64,000 nucleotides of DNA from Lama guanicoe (lineage: Eukaryota). A program made the position numbers and the translations under genes. This document shows positions 18,201-30,699 of the stretch, in pieces (the stretch's first letter is position 1; each line of letters starts with the position of its first letter). A model generated the notes under the pieces. The model was not told where the DNA came from, ran no database searches, and saw only the letters and a list, made by a program, of their open reading frames with translations. The DNA is taken from NCBI GenBank assembly GCA_013239625.1, contig MU054338.1, forward strand, positions 620,001-684,000, given 5' to 3'.

Positions 18201-21200
18201 CAGGTGTCCCAGTGGCCTGGCCCCACTGAGCTCCCTTTGGCAGAGCTGGTTCCCACTGTCAGTGCCCACTCCCCACGCAGGGTCCTTGGGTGGAGAGTTT
18301 AGAAGCCCTGTATCCAGTGCCCCATGTGACCAGGGGTCTGTAGGATTAGAGACCCACCACCTGTTATAAATAAAGCTTTATTGGCACAAACCATCCTCAT
18401 TTACACGTTATCCAGGGCTGCTTTCATGCAACAGCAGACGGACTGACCCCAAAGCCAAAACCAACCATCTGGTGCCTCAAGGGAAAAGTTCACCAATCCG
18501 TGTTCTGGACCGAAAAGCCTTTCGTTTTACTGGGGAACAGCATGCAGCCCTGGGTCCTCCTCCTGACCAGCTCTAAGACCTCGGGCAAAATGCCTGGTGG
18601 CAAGTGGGTGAGGCCGGCCAGCAGGGTGGGGCACGGGGACCCTGCCCTGGGCGCAGAGTCTCCTGCTCCACGGCAGCCTCTGGGCCTTGCTCCCTGCCAG
18701 GGGCCACAGCTCACCTCTTGTGTCCAGACTGGACGCCCGCTGGCTGGGCTCCAGCTTCCACTTCTTGACCTTGAAGTAGGGGCTGGCCCCATCCAGGCTG
18801 GCGTGGCGCCTCAAGCGGGTGAAGAACTGCAGAACAGGGCCCGCCCCAGAGCCGGGGCCCGCCTCCCCCAGTCCTGCTGCCACCCCGGGGCCCCCAGGCT
18901 TGGCACTCCTGACAGCCACGTCCAACTGTGAGGAAAGAGGGATTCTTTCAGACACGCAGACTCCTGGCCTGGTTCACAGCCCTGCATTTGTGCTGAGGAA
19001 GAGCCAGGGACTCTCGGGGAGTAGGAGCCATGCTAAGCCCAGGGGCTGGGGCCTCCTTCCCACTGAGACCCTGCCTGAGAGGCTCCCCAGGGGCTCAGCC
19101 AGTCACTGGCCAGCTCTGTTCTCCCAGCCCTGAACAGAGGGGGTCGGAGGGTGAGCATCTGGGGTTCCTGGCCCACTGCCCGAGATGGGGCCTGAACCCC
19201 GCCACCCCCACCTGCAGCTGCCACCCTGCCCCTGGCATGCGTGCACCAGCGGCCCCTCTCCCTCCTGAGTGCAGGGGCCAGGAGGGCCATGGTGGGTGGG
19301 GGACCACAGAATGATTCTTCCTGGGGTGGGGCAGGGGTGCCTACACAGGGGCCTCACCGAGGTGCCTTCCCCAGAGTCACTGGATGCCGAGGGGCTGATC
19401 TCGAAGTCGGCAGGGCNNNNNNNNNNNNNNNNNNNNNNNNNNNNNNNNNNNNNNNNNNNNNNNNNNNNNNNNNNNNNNNNNNNNNNNNNNNNNNNNNNNN
19501 NNNNNNNNNNNNNNNNNNNNNNNNNNNNNNNNNNNNNNNNNNNNNNNNNNNNNNNNNGAGGGTGTGCTGGGCCTGCCACCCACAGTGTACCCAGCCGGCC
19601 CACCCCCCATCCTGAGATGAGGGGCCCAGCTGGAGGGCAGGGAAGGCAGTGAGGGTGGGGTCCTGCCTGGAGCCCTGGGCCAGCCACCAACCCCTCCTCA
19701 CCTGGAATATGGCAAGGCTGGCCTTGGGGGCTGCAGCGGGGTGCGGTGTGGTGGCGGCACTGGCCTCGCCTGAGTCACACTCATGGATGGTGACAATCTT
19801 GAGGGGCGGCAGGTGCAGGTGTGTGAGGCGGGCGTTCTTCAAGTGATGAAAGTCCCCCTCCGTCAGGGTGTACCTGCGCCCAGCATGCCTGCCTGTCACC
19901 AGCGGGCTGCCCCCTCAACGTGCAGCCCCACTGAGGGGGAGCCAGGCCCCCAGCCCACACCCTGCCATCCTCTCTGGGACTGCTGTCACCCTGCCAGGTG
20001 TAGGGGAGAGCAGGGCATCCAGGGAGGCCAGCCTGCTCCCCCACTGCCCAGCCTCCATACCTGCGGCCCTTGTCCCTCGCCTTCCGGCTCTGCTCAAATA
20101 GGGCTGCCTCGTTGAAGGACACCCGGCGGCCAGTGGAGCCAGTGGACAGGAAGCGCTCGGTCTCAGCATCCTGGCCCTCAGGGTCCTCCCCCCTGAAGTC
20201 GGGGTCTGCGAGGAGAGCCAAGAGAGGGTGGGCCCCGAGCGGGCCGTGCTGGGTGCCAGGCGGGCCATTGGGAGGGGCAGGTCTGGAAGGGAGCGCGGAG
20301 GGCCCGACTGACCGCCCGGGACGGGGCGGGGGTGGACGGGCACTCGCTCAGCCGCTCACACACTCACTCACTCAGCATGCGCCTGCGGGCACCTACGCGT
20401 GGGCTTAAGGAAACAGAGATGAGTCGGAAGCGAGCTGCGCCCAGTCTGGTGGGGGAGACAGACAGACACAGATGGTCAGGCGGCCCAAGGGGGGCAGCCG
20501 GGGGGGCAGACGGGAGGGTGGGCAGATGGGTGGGGCTCAGGACCTGGCCGGCCCCTCACCTGGGGCTGGGTGTGTGCCGCTGTCCAGATAGGTGGTTGCG
20601 GTCTTCTCTGCTTCTTCCGGGGCTCTGGGGAGGGACAGTCGGGGAGCACAGTGGGCTGGAGGGCCCAGACAGTACTGCCCACAGGTCCCTGCAGGGCTTA
20701 TGCCCAAGGGCAGTGTCCCAGGCTCACAGGAGCCTGGTTCTTTGGACTGCCATGTTCCATGGGCCCTGTGTGAGCACACGCTGGGGAGACGACACTAAAA
20801 GCAGGCCCAGGACTCTGGCTGGTGGACACAACCTGCACCCCAGACAGGCTCTCGTGCTGACCTGTCCCTGCTCCCTGGTGGGGGCGGTTGGGGCTGCGCA
20901 CCTGTGGAGGCGCCGGTGGACCTCCCAGCAGCGCCTGCAGAGCAGCAGCACGCCAGACAGCACCACGAGCGTGCCCCCAACGAAAAGTGCCATCACCACC
21001 ACCAGCAGCACAGAGTTGTCCAGTATGGGGTCCGGCTCAGTCTGCAGGAGGGGCAGCAGTTGGGGGGAGCTGTGTCAGTGCCGGTAGGTGTGGACTGGTG
21101 GCCCCGCCCCACCAGTCCTCCCCAACCTGCCCACCTCACTCACCGTGGGGCGGCCCGTGACGTTGTCCCACGTTGTGGTTAGGGCGACAGTGGCAGGGGT

Positions 21201-21236
21201 GGTGACGGCTGTGGCCATGGTGGCTGTAGGCTGCAT
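15275..21236 (-). CDS. CBARP: Voltage-dependent calcium channel beta subunit-associated regulatory protein (BARP / C19orf26 / DOS)
   Basis: Minus-strand exons 21236-21144 (MQPTATMAT...), 21041-20902 (TM segment VLLVVVMALFVGGTLVVLSGVLLL), 20624-20560, 20205-20061, 19873-19702, [start hidden in N-gap]-19358, 18925-18715, 17481-17298, 16358-15275 (...TSPDHSPV*). All visible junctions are GT-AG with consistent phases. Confidence 0.95.
18330..18502 (+). mobile_element. MER58A-like hAT-Charlie DNA transposon remnant
   Basis: taaataaagctttattggcacaaacca...catttacac...ggctgctttc...caaagcc...catctgg...gaaaagtt matches my recollection of the MER58 consensus. Confidence 0.65.
19417..19557. other. Assembly gap hiding the 5' part of a CBARP coding exon
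   Basis: Run of Ns. The CBARP frame emerges from the gap as PADFEISPSASSDSGEGTS with no visible acceptor. Confidence 0.9.
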
Positions 21237-22289
21237 TTTGAGGCTAGGAGGAGGGGCCTAGGGGGGCAGGGCCTGCTCAGCTGGAGCTCCTTGGTCCCCC
21301 TTCCCACCTCCCTGGGAGCAGGAACAGGGGTCCACACAGGGCAGTGACTCACAGAGAGGTGAGGGGGGGAGCCCCAAGGCAGCCCCCACCTGGCTCAGAT
21401 CAGTGCCAGGGACCTCTCTGTCCCCATCTCCGAAAAGGGGAGGCGTGTGCATATCAACAGCTTCCCCAGCCGGTGGGGCCGGCCAGGCAAGGTGGCGCTG
21501 GGCAGGGAGCCCTGCCCAGGAAAGGGGGAGCACCTCTGCCAGGAATGGGGAAACTGAGGCTATCAGCCCACTCCCGCCAGGCTCCAGGGGCCCTGCCTGC
21601 CCCATCAGGGCCGCAGGAGGGGCTGCATGGGTCCTAGGGGACTGGTTGCATAATAACGGGGACTCGGGTCATCCCTTGGGCCATCCAGCCCCGGGGAGGG
21701 GGGAGAAGAGCTGACTACGGGGACTCCTAGGTCACGACTCTCAGAGGTAAAAGTTCCCCTCTGCAGAGTGGTGGGGGGGAATGAAAAGGCCAAAAGAAGG
21801 CGCATCTGTTCCCAGCCCTCAAGAATCTGGTTCCCATGGCGACTGAGCGAGCAGGCCGAGCTGGTGGAGGGGAGCGGGTTGCCAGGGAGCACGAGGAGGG
21901 GAGGGGGCGCGGGGGAGGGAGGCCTCCTGCAGGGGAGGCTGAAGCCAGCCCCGGGCGGCAAGATGGCTGCTGCCGCCGCCCGCCGGTGCCCAGCCCGACC
22001 ACGCGCCCCTGCCGCACCCCTCCCAGCCCCAGCTGGCCAGTCTCCACGTCTGCCTGGCGTGGAGGCACCGAGGCTGGGAGGGTCTCCGTGCTCGGGAAGG
22101 GGACTGCCTGGACATTGCATCTGACCGCCCTCCCCAGCACACAGCTCCTTCCTGCGGGAAGGACCGGTGGCCGCACTATGGAATCTCAGGGAACCGAGTC
22201 TGGGGCCGGGATGACCGGCAGCCCTGAGCGGACACGGCGAGTGGCCCTTCCCCGTAGGAAAGGGAAAGCCCGTACACAGGTTCCGGCGT

Positions 22290-22370
22290 CCCTAACCCTT
22301 CGGGGCTTTATCCCCACTTGACAGCGGAGGGGAAACTGAGGCCCAGAGGAGGGGAGGGTACCGGCGAAAG
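22290..22370 (-). mobile_element. MIR SINE fragment
   Basis: tttatccccacttgacag...ggaaactgaggcccagag (MIR core). Confidence 0.6.
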
Positions 22371-22999
22371 CCAGGTGTCCTCAGCACTCTGGGTCAGAGG
22401 CTGGCCGCGACTCCCCTGCATCCTTGGGGGAGGGGGCACCTATATGTAGGTCGGGAAATGAGTTCACGCTGGAGGGGGAGGGGGCAGAGGCACAGGGACG
22501 ATGACAGGAGATCAGGAAAGACGGCAGGAGGCCGAGGGGGAAGCGGGGGTAGGCGGGGACGGCAGCCTAGGGCGGAGGGTCCAGCCCCTAAAGTCCCGCT
22601 GGGCCCTGGCTCCCGATCGGGCTTGCCTCCGCTCCCACCCCCGCGCCCTCAACCGGCCCTAGGGACGGGGATGGCAAGCGGCAAGATGCAGGGAACCGAC
22701 TCCAGGCACTTCTCAACCTCGTGTTAAGCCAGGAGGCGCAAACGCCATGGCCCTCGGCAAATCTCATAGCGGGAAACTGAGGCTGGGGAAGGCGTGGGCA
22801 AGGGTCCCTCTCCGGGCTGCCGAAGGGAGGGTGCAGAGCCCCGTCGACTGACCCCCCACGCTGGCCCCGGCTCCTCCGCTCCTTGCCTCTGGCCTCGCCG
22901 CCTCGCGGGAAGGGACCGGTGGTCTCGAGCCAGGGCGGGCCGCGCGTCCTCAGCCTGTCCCCCGCCCGCCCCGGTGCAGCCCCAGGCCCGCGCGCCTAC

Positions 23000-23350
23000 C
23001 TCAGCGCCGGGGCGCGCGGCCCATGGGCGGCGGGCAGGCGGCTGCGCGGCGCTCCCGGCTGGCTTCGGCGCCCGGTAGCCGCGGAGCAGGCGGAGAATTT
23101 ATGAATGAAGAGCGCGGCGCACGGGGGAGGCAGGCGCCAGAGGAGGGGCCGCACACGTGATCGCGTTGGCCGCAAGCCCGCTCCGACCCGCTCAGTGTCG
23201 CCCGGTGCCGCCCGGTCCCCGGCCGGCCGCCCCCACCGCGCTCGCCGCCGCGTCTGCCTAGCTCCGCGCCAGCCACCGCCTCCCCTTCCCTTCCGGCGGG
23301 GGCGGGGGGCGGAGCCTGCGCTCCCGGGCGCCCCCTCCCCACGCGGAGCC
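23000..23350 (-). promoter_or_regulatory. CBARP: CBARP CpG-island promoter and non-coding first exon
   Basis: CpG-dense; minus-strand donor GAG|GTAGGC at 22999; GC boxes near 23297-23312; exon-2 acceptor at 21258. TSS not determined. Confidence 0.6.
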
Positions 23351-23619
23351 GCCCTCTCCCGAGGCAGCTGAATGTCCGCCCTCGGTCCCCCCTTCACGAC
23401 TCCCCGACCCTTCCCAGGATCCCCAAGGAAAGAAAACCAAAGTGGTGTTGGTCCTGGGGCTCACGACTCCCCGCAGCCCGGAAACCTGGGGTGCATAAAC
23501 TCCCCTTCCATCACTTCCCCCAACTTGGGAGTCTGCAGGATGCACAGCCCAGGGGCTCCGGCCCTGTCAGGGATCACCAGGAGCCCTGCCTTGTTAGGAT
23601 GAGCAAAGATAATGAAACG

Positions 23620-24200
23620 CAACCTATGCTCAGTGCCACCAGGGCCTGCCCAGCGCCCGGTGACCTCAGATCTACCCCTTCAGAAACCTCATGCCTGGTC
23701 AATTCTAAAGCTGCTCCTTCCCGGACAATCGTGCCAAATCCTTCTAGATGTGAAGGCCACCAAGCTGCCACCAGCCTTGTCTGGGTCCCAGCCCAGCCTG
23801 TCTAGTCCTGTGCTCAACATAGCAAAATGGCACCCCTTTTTCCTCCAGTGAAAGTGGAAAGCCCAGTCCAACCTCAGGGCCTTTGCACTTGCAGGGGCTG
23901 GGCCTGCTGGGCTTTCCTCACTCAGTGACAAGAGTCCCTCCCTCGCTTCCATCACTTCTTTCCCAGTGGCAAATTCTCCATCTCCTCTTGGCCCCACAAA
24001 GCAGCTCCCATCCCACACTTCCTCCAGCCCCCTGTTATACTTTGCTTTTCTCCAAGACCCCGTGTTGTGTCCTTACTCACGCCTGCCCCCACTCCATGGT
24101 GACAGGGCAGGAGTTCTCTTACAGCTCGGTCCCTGGTCATAGCACAGGGCCGGCACACTGGAGGGATCGTGCGTGTCCAGTGGATGAAAGGATGACCCTG
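23620..24200 (+). mobile_element. Degenerate L2 LINE fragment
   Basis: Series of L2-like motifs (gctccttcccg...tctagatg, aaagcccagtccaacctcagggcctttgcacttgc) ending in ...gtggatgaaaggatga. Highly diverged. Confidence 0.45.
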
Positions 24201-24959
24201 CTGAAGGAGGGCAAGGGGCAGTCAAACGGACAGACACTCAGGAGGGCCAGTGGAAACTGCACGTGCAAAGCCCGAGGTCCGAAACTGTGTTGGAGGGAAT
24301 GGGGAAGCCATCTTGTGGTTCCCAGCAGCGGAATGACACGGTCCCTCTCGCTGTGTGTGGAGAAAGCATCAAGGGAGGAGCCTGGGGCCATCCAAGCCAG
24401 GAAGGCTCGCTGCAGTGGCTGAACTGGGTGGACGAGCCTTGTGGATGGATCCACTGTAGAATTCCAGTATAACCCCATGTTTGGGACCTGAGAAACAGGT
24501 GGGTAGCGCCCCTACCCCTGGGCCACCATGGAGTGAAGATTAGAGATAAGCCGAGTGGATCGGTTTGAGGAGTCTTTCGGAATAGGTCTCCATATAGGCT
24601 CTGGCGCTCCGTGAGAGGTCGTGGCCGTGCACAGGGCGCACCCCTACAAATGTGAGAGGAGCTTTCCTCTGCACACACTCGCCTACAGCCAGGATGCCCA
24701 AGACACTGGGACTGACGCCCCGAGTGCCCCTGAGCGCTGGCCCAGAGAGGGGGCGGGGGTCTGGGCGTGAGGCTTCCCCCTGTAGGAGCCTCTTTCGGCC
24801 ACAGCACCTGCAGAGCCAAACGCCCAGGTGTGACACCCTTCCCCATACGCTCCTCAGCCAAGTCCCCTCCTGGTGTGGGCCCTACGTGGGTTAAGCCGGA
24901 CTCTGCGTTGTCCCAGAATCCAAGCTGGGGGCTGGGGTCCGGCCGGGGGCGCAGACCTG

Positions 24960-25150
24960 CAGAAGCGCGGGGGCGGGGCGGTGACGTCAGCGCCGCGAGC
25001 GAGGCTGCGCGGGCCGCGGTGACGTCAGCTGAGCCCCAGGCCGCCCGCGCAAGCGCCCCTACGTCAGCAGCGCGCGGAAGCGGTGGCCGGTCGGGAGGGG
25101 CCGGGCGGAGAGCATCTCCGGGATTGGTTCGCCCCCTGTCGACGTCAACG
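24960..25150. promoter_or_regulatory. CRE/ETS/CCAAT/GC-box cluster between the divergent CBARP and ATP5F1D genes
   Basis: TGACGTCA at 24982-24989 and 25020-25027; further ACGTCA near 25061 and 25142; GC box near 24970; CGGAAG near 25075; ATTGG near 25123. Confidence 0.7.
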
Positions 25151-25499
25151 GGAGTTGCAGCCAAGCGTTTCCCACACGGCTGAACGCTTGCCCGCGCTAG
25201 ACCCTCCGCCTGGGATGCTGTTGCCGGGACGCCTGCACTTCCTACAGCTGGCGCACTCCGGAACCCCTACTGTTTTCTTGTTTGTGTTTGTTACTTCCTG
25301 ACATACTATAAGACATATTCATTATTTTGAGTGTCTGTTAAACGCCCCCACCACCCCAAGCTGTATCAGGAATCTTGATATTTCCCTGGTATCTCTCTAG
25401 CGCCTGAGAGCCAATGAGCGCCCCCAAAACCTTGTATTCAACTCAAGTGTCTCTCCACGCAGACTTGTGGTCCTCCCCATGCAGTACCGTATAACTGAC

Positions 25500-25751
25500 C
25501 ATCGGGCTGGGAGCTCGGGTCGGAAGGAAACTACAACCCCCACGATGCCGCGCGCCCTGGCGGTGCGTCGTCATCAACATCGCGCGCAGCCCGCCGGGAG
25601 TCGTAGTTCGCGCGTGCGCCCTACTTGAATTCTTCTCCCAGAAGTCCTCGCGCGTCGTCCTCCTCGCCCTCCAGGCCGTTCGCGTCCAGCCGGAGTCCGC
25701 TAGCCTCCACTCCGCCGTCCGCCGTCCGCCGACTGCGGTACGCCTGCCGCC
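25500..25751 (+). promoter_or_regulatory. ATP5F1D: ATP5F1D proximal promoter with two opposed ZNF143/THAP11-type motifs
   Basis: AACTACAACCCCCACGATGC at 25529-25548 (+) and AACTACGACTCCCGGCGGGC at about 25589-25608 (-), in a CpG island. Confidence 0.65.
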
Positions 25752-27453
25752 ATGCTGCCTGCCGCGCTGCTCCGCCGCCCAGGCTTGGCCCGCCTCGTGC
25801 GCCAAGCCCGCGCTTACGCCGAGGCTGCCGCCGCCCCAGCCCCCGCCGCTGGCTCGGGACAGATGTCCTTCACCTTCGCTTCACCCACGCAGGTTCGGAC
25901 GTCCGCGGGCTCGGGCCCCGCACCCGCGCCTCTGTCCCGTGTGGTCCGGGATCCGAGCCCCCAGTCCCCAGGTCGGCAACCTGCATTCCGGTCCCGCGCC
26001 CCTATCCCGTCTGGTCCGGGATCCGAGCCCCCAACTCCCGGTGGTCGCCGTCCCTCAGCCCCTCATTCCGATCTGCTCCCAGCATGCGCCCTGACGCCAC
26101 GTGATTCAGACCGGAGTCCCCGGTACCCCTTCCGAGTTCTGCGCCTCCTGAATGCTCCCTCCTGCAGTGGCTGTTTGTGGCCTAACGGCGTTTTCTTACG
26201 GAAGGAATGGTGGCTTGATTTCGTTCTTTTGTAGACGAAGGCACTGCAGCCTTGCTCGAGGACCCCACCGAAGCACTGGTCCCAGTGCAGCTGCCTCTGG
26301 GTCCCTCATCAGCTTTCAGCTCTGACGTAGATGTTTAACGGCAGGGGAGACTAAATGCTGGTTCCGTGGTACTGGCCTGAAGCAACCCGTTCATCACGCT
26401 TTCTCTAGGTGTTCTTCAACGGTGCCAACGTCCGGCAGGTGGACGTGCCCACGCAGACGGGAGCCTTCGGCATTCTGGCAGCCCATGTGCCCACCCTGCA
26501 GGTCCTGCGGCCAGGGCTGGTTGTGGTCCATGCTGAAGACGGTACCACTTCCAAATACTTTGGTGAGTTGAGTGGAGGGCAGAGGAAAGCGCTGGGCAGA
26601 GGACACCGGTCCCAGCAGAGAAGTCCCCATTTCAGTTGACTGAGTAAGAAAGGGCATAGTGTTTCCCAGCTTTGGACTGGCTGTGGTTAGGGGTAGAACT
26701 GATCAGGGGAGGGGGACCCATGCTGACAGGTGCTGGGAAGAGAAGTGAAAATGTGGCCTGGAGGGGGCCCTTTGGAGGAGGAAGGATCCTCCATTCTAAG
26801 AAAGTCATCCAGCAGCGTGGCTCTTTCCCAGCACCACAACTGAGACTTGAACTCAGTTCTGCTTTTCCCCTGACCCTGGTTCAGCCCACGGGCTGGTGGG
26901 CAGAGGGAGGGGTCTTTGTCCCCATGTCCAGCCTCCAGGGGGTGCACCTGGTGGTCACCTATCTACTTGTGTGCTTGAGCCTTTGGACCTTGGAGCCAGG
27001 CTGTGGGCTCACCCTCCCAACCCAACAGGGGCTCTGGGGCTGCCCGTGTCCCCCATGCCTGGACATAGAGCTCTCACTCCCCCTCCCCCCCCCCGCAGTG
27101 AGCAGCGGTTCCGTCACAGTGAATGCTGATTCCTCGGTGCAGTTACTGGCTGAAGAAGCTGTGACGCTCGACATGCTGGACCTGGGGGTGAGTGCCCCAG
27201 GGGATGTCGAGGCACAGAGCTGGTCGGAGCTGGTGGAGAACTCCCTGGCTGCAGGGAGGGAACTGGCATGTGGGGCCAGTGTCGGGCTGGGGCCCAGGCT
27301 TAGTCCTCACCCGCCACCCACCCCCTGCAGGCGGCCAAGGCGAACCTGGAGAAGGCGCAGTCGGAGCTGTTGGGGGCGGCAGATGAGGCCACGAGGGCCG
27401 AGATCCAGATCCGCATCGAGGCCAGCGAGGCCCTGGTGAAGGCCCTGGAGTAG
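25752..27453 (+). CDS. ATP5F1D: ATP synthase F1 subunit delta, mitochondrial (168 aa)
   Basis: Exons 25752-25892, 26409-26562, 27099-27187, 27331-27453 total 507 nt. Arg-rich presequence MLPAALLRRPGLARLVRQARAY, then QMSFTFASPTQVFFNGANVRQVDVPT...EALVKALE*. PAS AATAAA 27676 and ATTAAA 27912. Confidence 0.98.
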
Positions 27454-30324
27454 GCGGGGCCTGCCCCGTGTTGGCTGTGGCCGAGGCCCATGCAGCGGAG
27501 GCAGCTCCCGTGGTCCAGGCTGACTTGGGGGGCAAGAGGCTGAGTGAAGCGGGCCAGACAGCCCCTAGAGCACTACTTCCCTAGGGGGAGCGGTCCTTGC
27601 TGGGAAGCCGCCAGATGGCAGCATAGGGCCAGCTTCTGTCCAGGGCATCCTGCAGGGCTTTGTCCCCTCCTGCTAAATAAACCTCAGGAACAAACCCTCA
27701 GCAACTCTGGCCAACTTGGTGGGGCGGGGCGAGTTCAGACACTCGCTCTGTCTGTGGTGGGTATTGTCACTCTGGGGGCTCTTGTCCCACCTCCCAAGAT
27801 CCCCTGGACCTGATGTGCTGCCCACCACTCCCCTGCCCCTGCCGAGCCTGCTGCAGAGAGCTCTGCTCCCAGCCTTCTCTCCCAGACAGCCTGCCCCCTC
27901 CCAAGGCCCTCATTAAAGATCTGGGAGCCAACTTGTGTTTACTGGCTTTGTCCTGCTTGGGGCAGCAGGCTCGGGACCCAGCCTGGTCTCTGCCCCAGCT
28001 CTCTGTGTCTACCGAGTGAGGTGGGGCAGTAAATGCCAGCCATTGCCTTTCTTGGGTCAGGAGGCAGTGACCTGAGACATCCTGGCTGTCTGCAGTAAGC
28101 TGGAGTGTTGAGGGGTGCGGGGGACAGAGCTCATGAAGCCAGGCTGGGTTGTGGGCTGGGTGCTGGCCCTCACCCCAGGAGGGTGGGGACGGGCAAAGGT
28201 CACTAGCCAGGGCTGGGGACAGCAGGCAGGGGTGTGGCCGCTGCTTCTGGACTGGGCTCGGGCTGCTGGACAGACAGGGCTCTGCTGGGCTCTGGTTCTG
28301 GGCTGTGATGTCTGCCCCGCCAGCTCCTCAGCCCTGCCCCAGCTGCGCTGGGAAGAGGTGGGTCCTGCCTGCTCCCACGGAGGCACTGCCCTGTGCTTGC
28401 CTGGCCTGTGGGTGGCCCCAGCTGGCTGGGCGCCCAGTCCCTGGTGGTGTTGGCACCTCCATGGCACCCAGGCCCATGGGCCTGCCCCAGATTGGTGGAG
28501 TGACCAGGCAGGGGCCAGCCCGGTACCTTGAAGCTTAAGGGCTGCCCCATCTTTTACAACCAGTAACTCCCTCTTCCGACCTGGGTGGGGTGGCCTAGGC
28601 ACTAGCTCTGGGTGGCAGGCAGGGGTCTCCTCACCCTGCTCCCTGGTCCTGGGCTGAGCAGAGCTGGCAGGGGATTCCAGCAGGGTGAGTGTGGGTGAGC
28701 TTGGGCCTCCCTGTGTGTCACTGGCAGCCAGAAGGTGATGGGGAGGCCACTCCAGGGCTTGTCATCAGCACAGACAGGCTGGTTGTGTGTCACAGTCCCG
28801 TGGAAGTGACTGTCCCCAGGTTGTCTCTAAGGCTTGACATGGGGGAGATGTGAACATGGGAGGCTCTAGGCAAGCTTGCAGTATGGGGGACATCCATCCA
28901 AGTCTTGTTCCTTTTTGGGCAGGTGAGGCTGGAGTAGCCAGCTCTCTCTATCCCAGAAACCCCCAGCTCAGACAGGTGTGACAGCTGTGACAGCTTTGGG
29001 GGTCACAAGTGCAACCCCACCCCTCTCCGTCTCCTGGCTTTAGAGCCCAGGTCGTGGAGTTCCTGGCCCATCTCCTTATCTAGTCTATAAATAAGACCGG
29101 GGCATGGCTGGGGGTTGGTGGGGGCCTGTGGGAGGAGACCTTCACTAATCCACCGGACCGGCAGCCCCACACCAGGGACCCCACTAGCACCCCCACCCCC
29201 TGAGGCCTCAGCCCCTAGCTGTGCGACACAACCAGATGTAGCTAGGACCCCCCCAGCATGGCGCAGGCCCCTGGGGAATGTGGCAGCCTTGGAGCCCAGC
29301 CTGGGGACACTTGCACCTGCTGGGCTGCAGGAACAGCTTGTGCTGGCTGGGCTGCATCCTGGGGTGGGACAGGTCACAGGGCCAGGAACCAGAGGGTCAT
29401 GACCCCTTCCAAGAGGGCAGGCCTTGGGCCTTGTGGCGCCCAAGGGTTCATGTCCCTCCCAGGAGGGGGTACGCTCGCATCCTAGGACCTGCCACCGTGG
29501 CACAAGGATGCTAAGTGGGAAAGGCAGGGAGACAGGCTGATCTGAGGTTGGCCCTCCTCCATGTGTGTGACCGTCAGCGGCTACATTCCAGGAGGACAGC
29601 CTACTTTTTAGTCCCCAGAGGAACCAGGTCCAGTGAAATCTTCAACCCACTCCCCGGAATCAAAGCCGCCACCCAGCACTACCTGCCCATCTGTGGGTCC
29701 CACCTGGTCTGCCACCTGGCCACTCTCCTGAGCCCTCCAACGTTGAGATGCTCCGGCTTCAGAGCCCGTGTCTCCCTGCACGACCTCTGGGTGCTCTTTG
29801 CAAGCCAAGCCAACCTGGCCCGCAGCCCTCCAGCTCAGCCCCACATGCACTCTGGGGCACTCACTCCAGCCACCAGTGCTTTGTGCTGATTGTTGCTCTT
29901 CCTTCCTTGGAGCACTGTTATCTTCCTCTGGCCAGCTGCTGTCCACCCCTCAACCCCATGACCCCCTCCCAAGGGTTCTAACAGCCCCTCCCTTGGGCCC
30001 AGCCCTGACGTTGTGGGGCTGGGAGTGTCTGGGTGTGCCTGTGACCAGGTTGGGGGACCAGAGACTGCAGGAGCATTGGGTGGGAGCATGATGGAGACCT
30101 GGAAAGCAACACAGCCCTGGGAGGGGCACCCAGGGTGAGGGTGGGGGTGGAGGTGGTCAGGTCAGATAAAGGGAGACACCAGATAAGTGGACAGGAGTGG
30201 CCTGGGGTCCCATCCTGGACAGAGTGGGAAGGAGGACCAAGAGAGGCCTACCCTCATCCAGGGTCATCCTTTTAGAAAGCCCCCTACACAAGGCCACCTG
30301 AGGACCTGCCAGGCTTCTGCTTGT

Positions 30325-30410
30325 TACTGGCTGTGTGGCCTCTGTTTCCTCACCTGTAAAATGGGTTGAGTGATTACGCCTATCCTGAGGGTTGGGTACC
30401 AGCATGTGAG
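30325..30410 (+). mobile_element. MIR SINE fragment
   Basis: gcctctgtttcctcacctgtaaaatggg (MIR core). Confidence 0.65.
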
Positions 30411-30699
30411 TCTGCTTGTTGGGGTGATGGCAATGTTACAGGGTCTAGGTGAGGGCCCCATGTCCCTAGGCTCCAGAGTGAGACCTGCTGTATTCTCATT
30501 TCGTTCCACTGCCATGCTGGAGAAACTGAGGCTCACAAAAGCCAGTGTCCCCCAGGGGTCGCAAGAGCCCAGCTGGTGGTGACTGGACGCACAGGGCAGG
30601 CCTGGCCCTGGTGAATCGCTCCATAAATGCCCTCTGAGGTCACTGCTAAGGGATGCGAGAAGCCGGGCTCCAGGCAGCCGGCTGGACACCCCCACTACA

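Noticed and set aside
18367-18385. Back-to-back AATAAA/TTTATT resembling a bidirectional poly(A) site in a CBARP intron
   Set aside because: It is part of the MER58A-like element; no independent evidence of use.
22378-22400. Possible REST/RE1 site in CBARP intron 1
   Set aside because: Only the left half (TCAGCAC) matches; the GGACAG half is absent.
26672-27439. 255-codon ORF in ATP5F1D
   Set aside because: It is exon 3's frame extended through flanking introns, not a separate gene.
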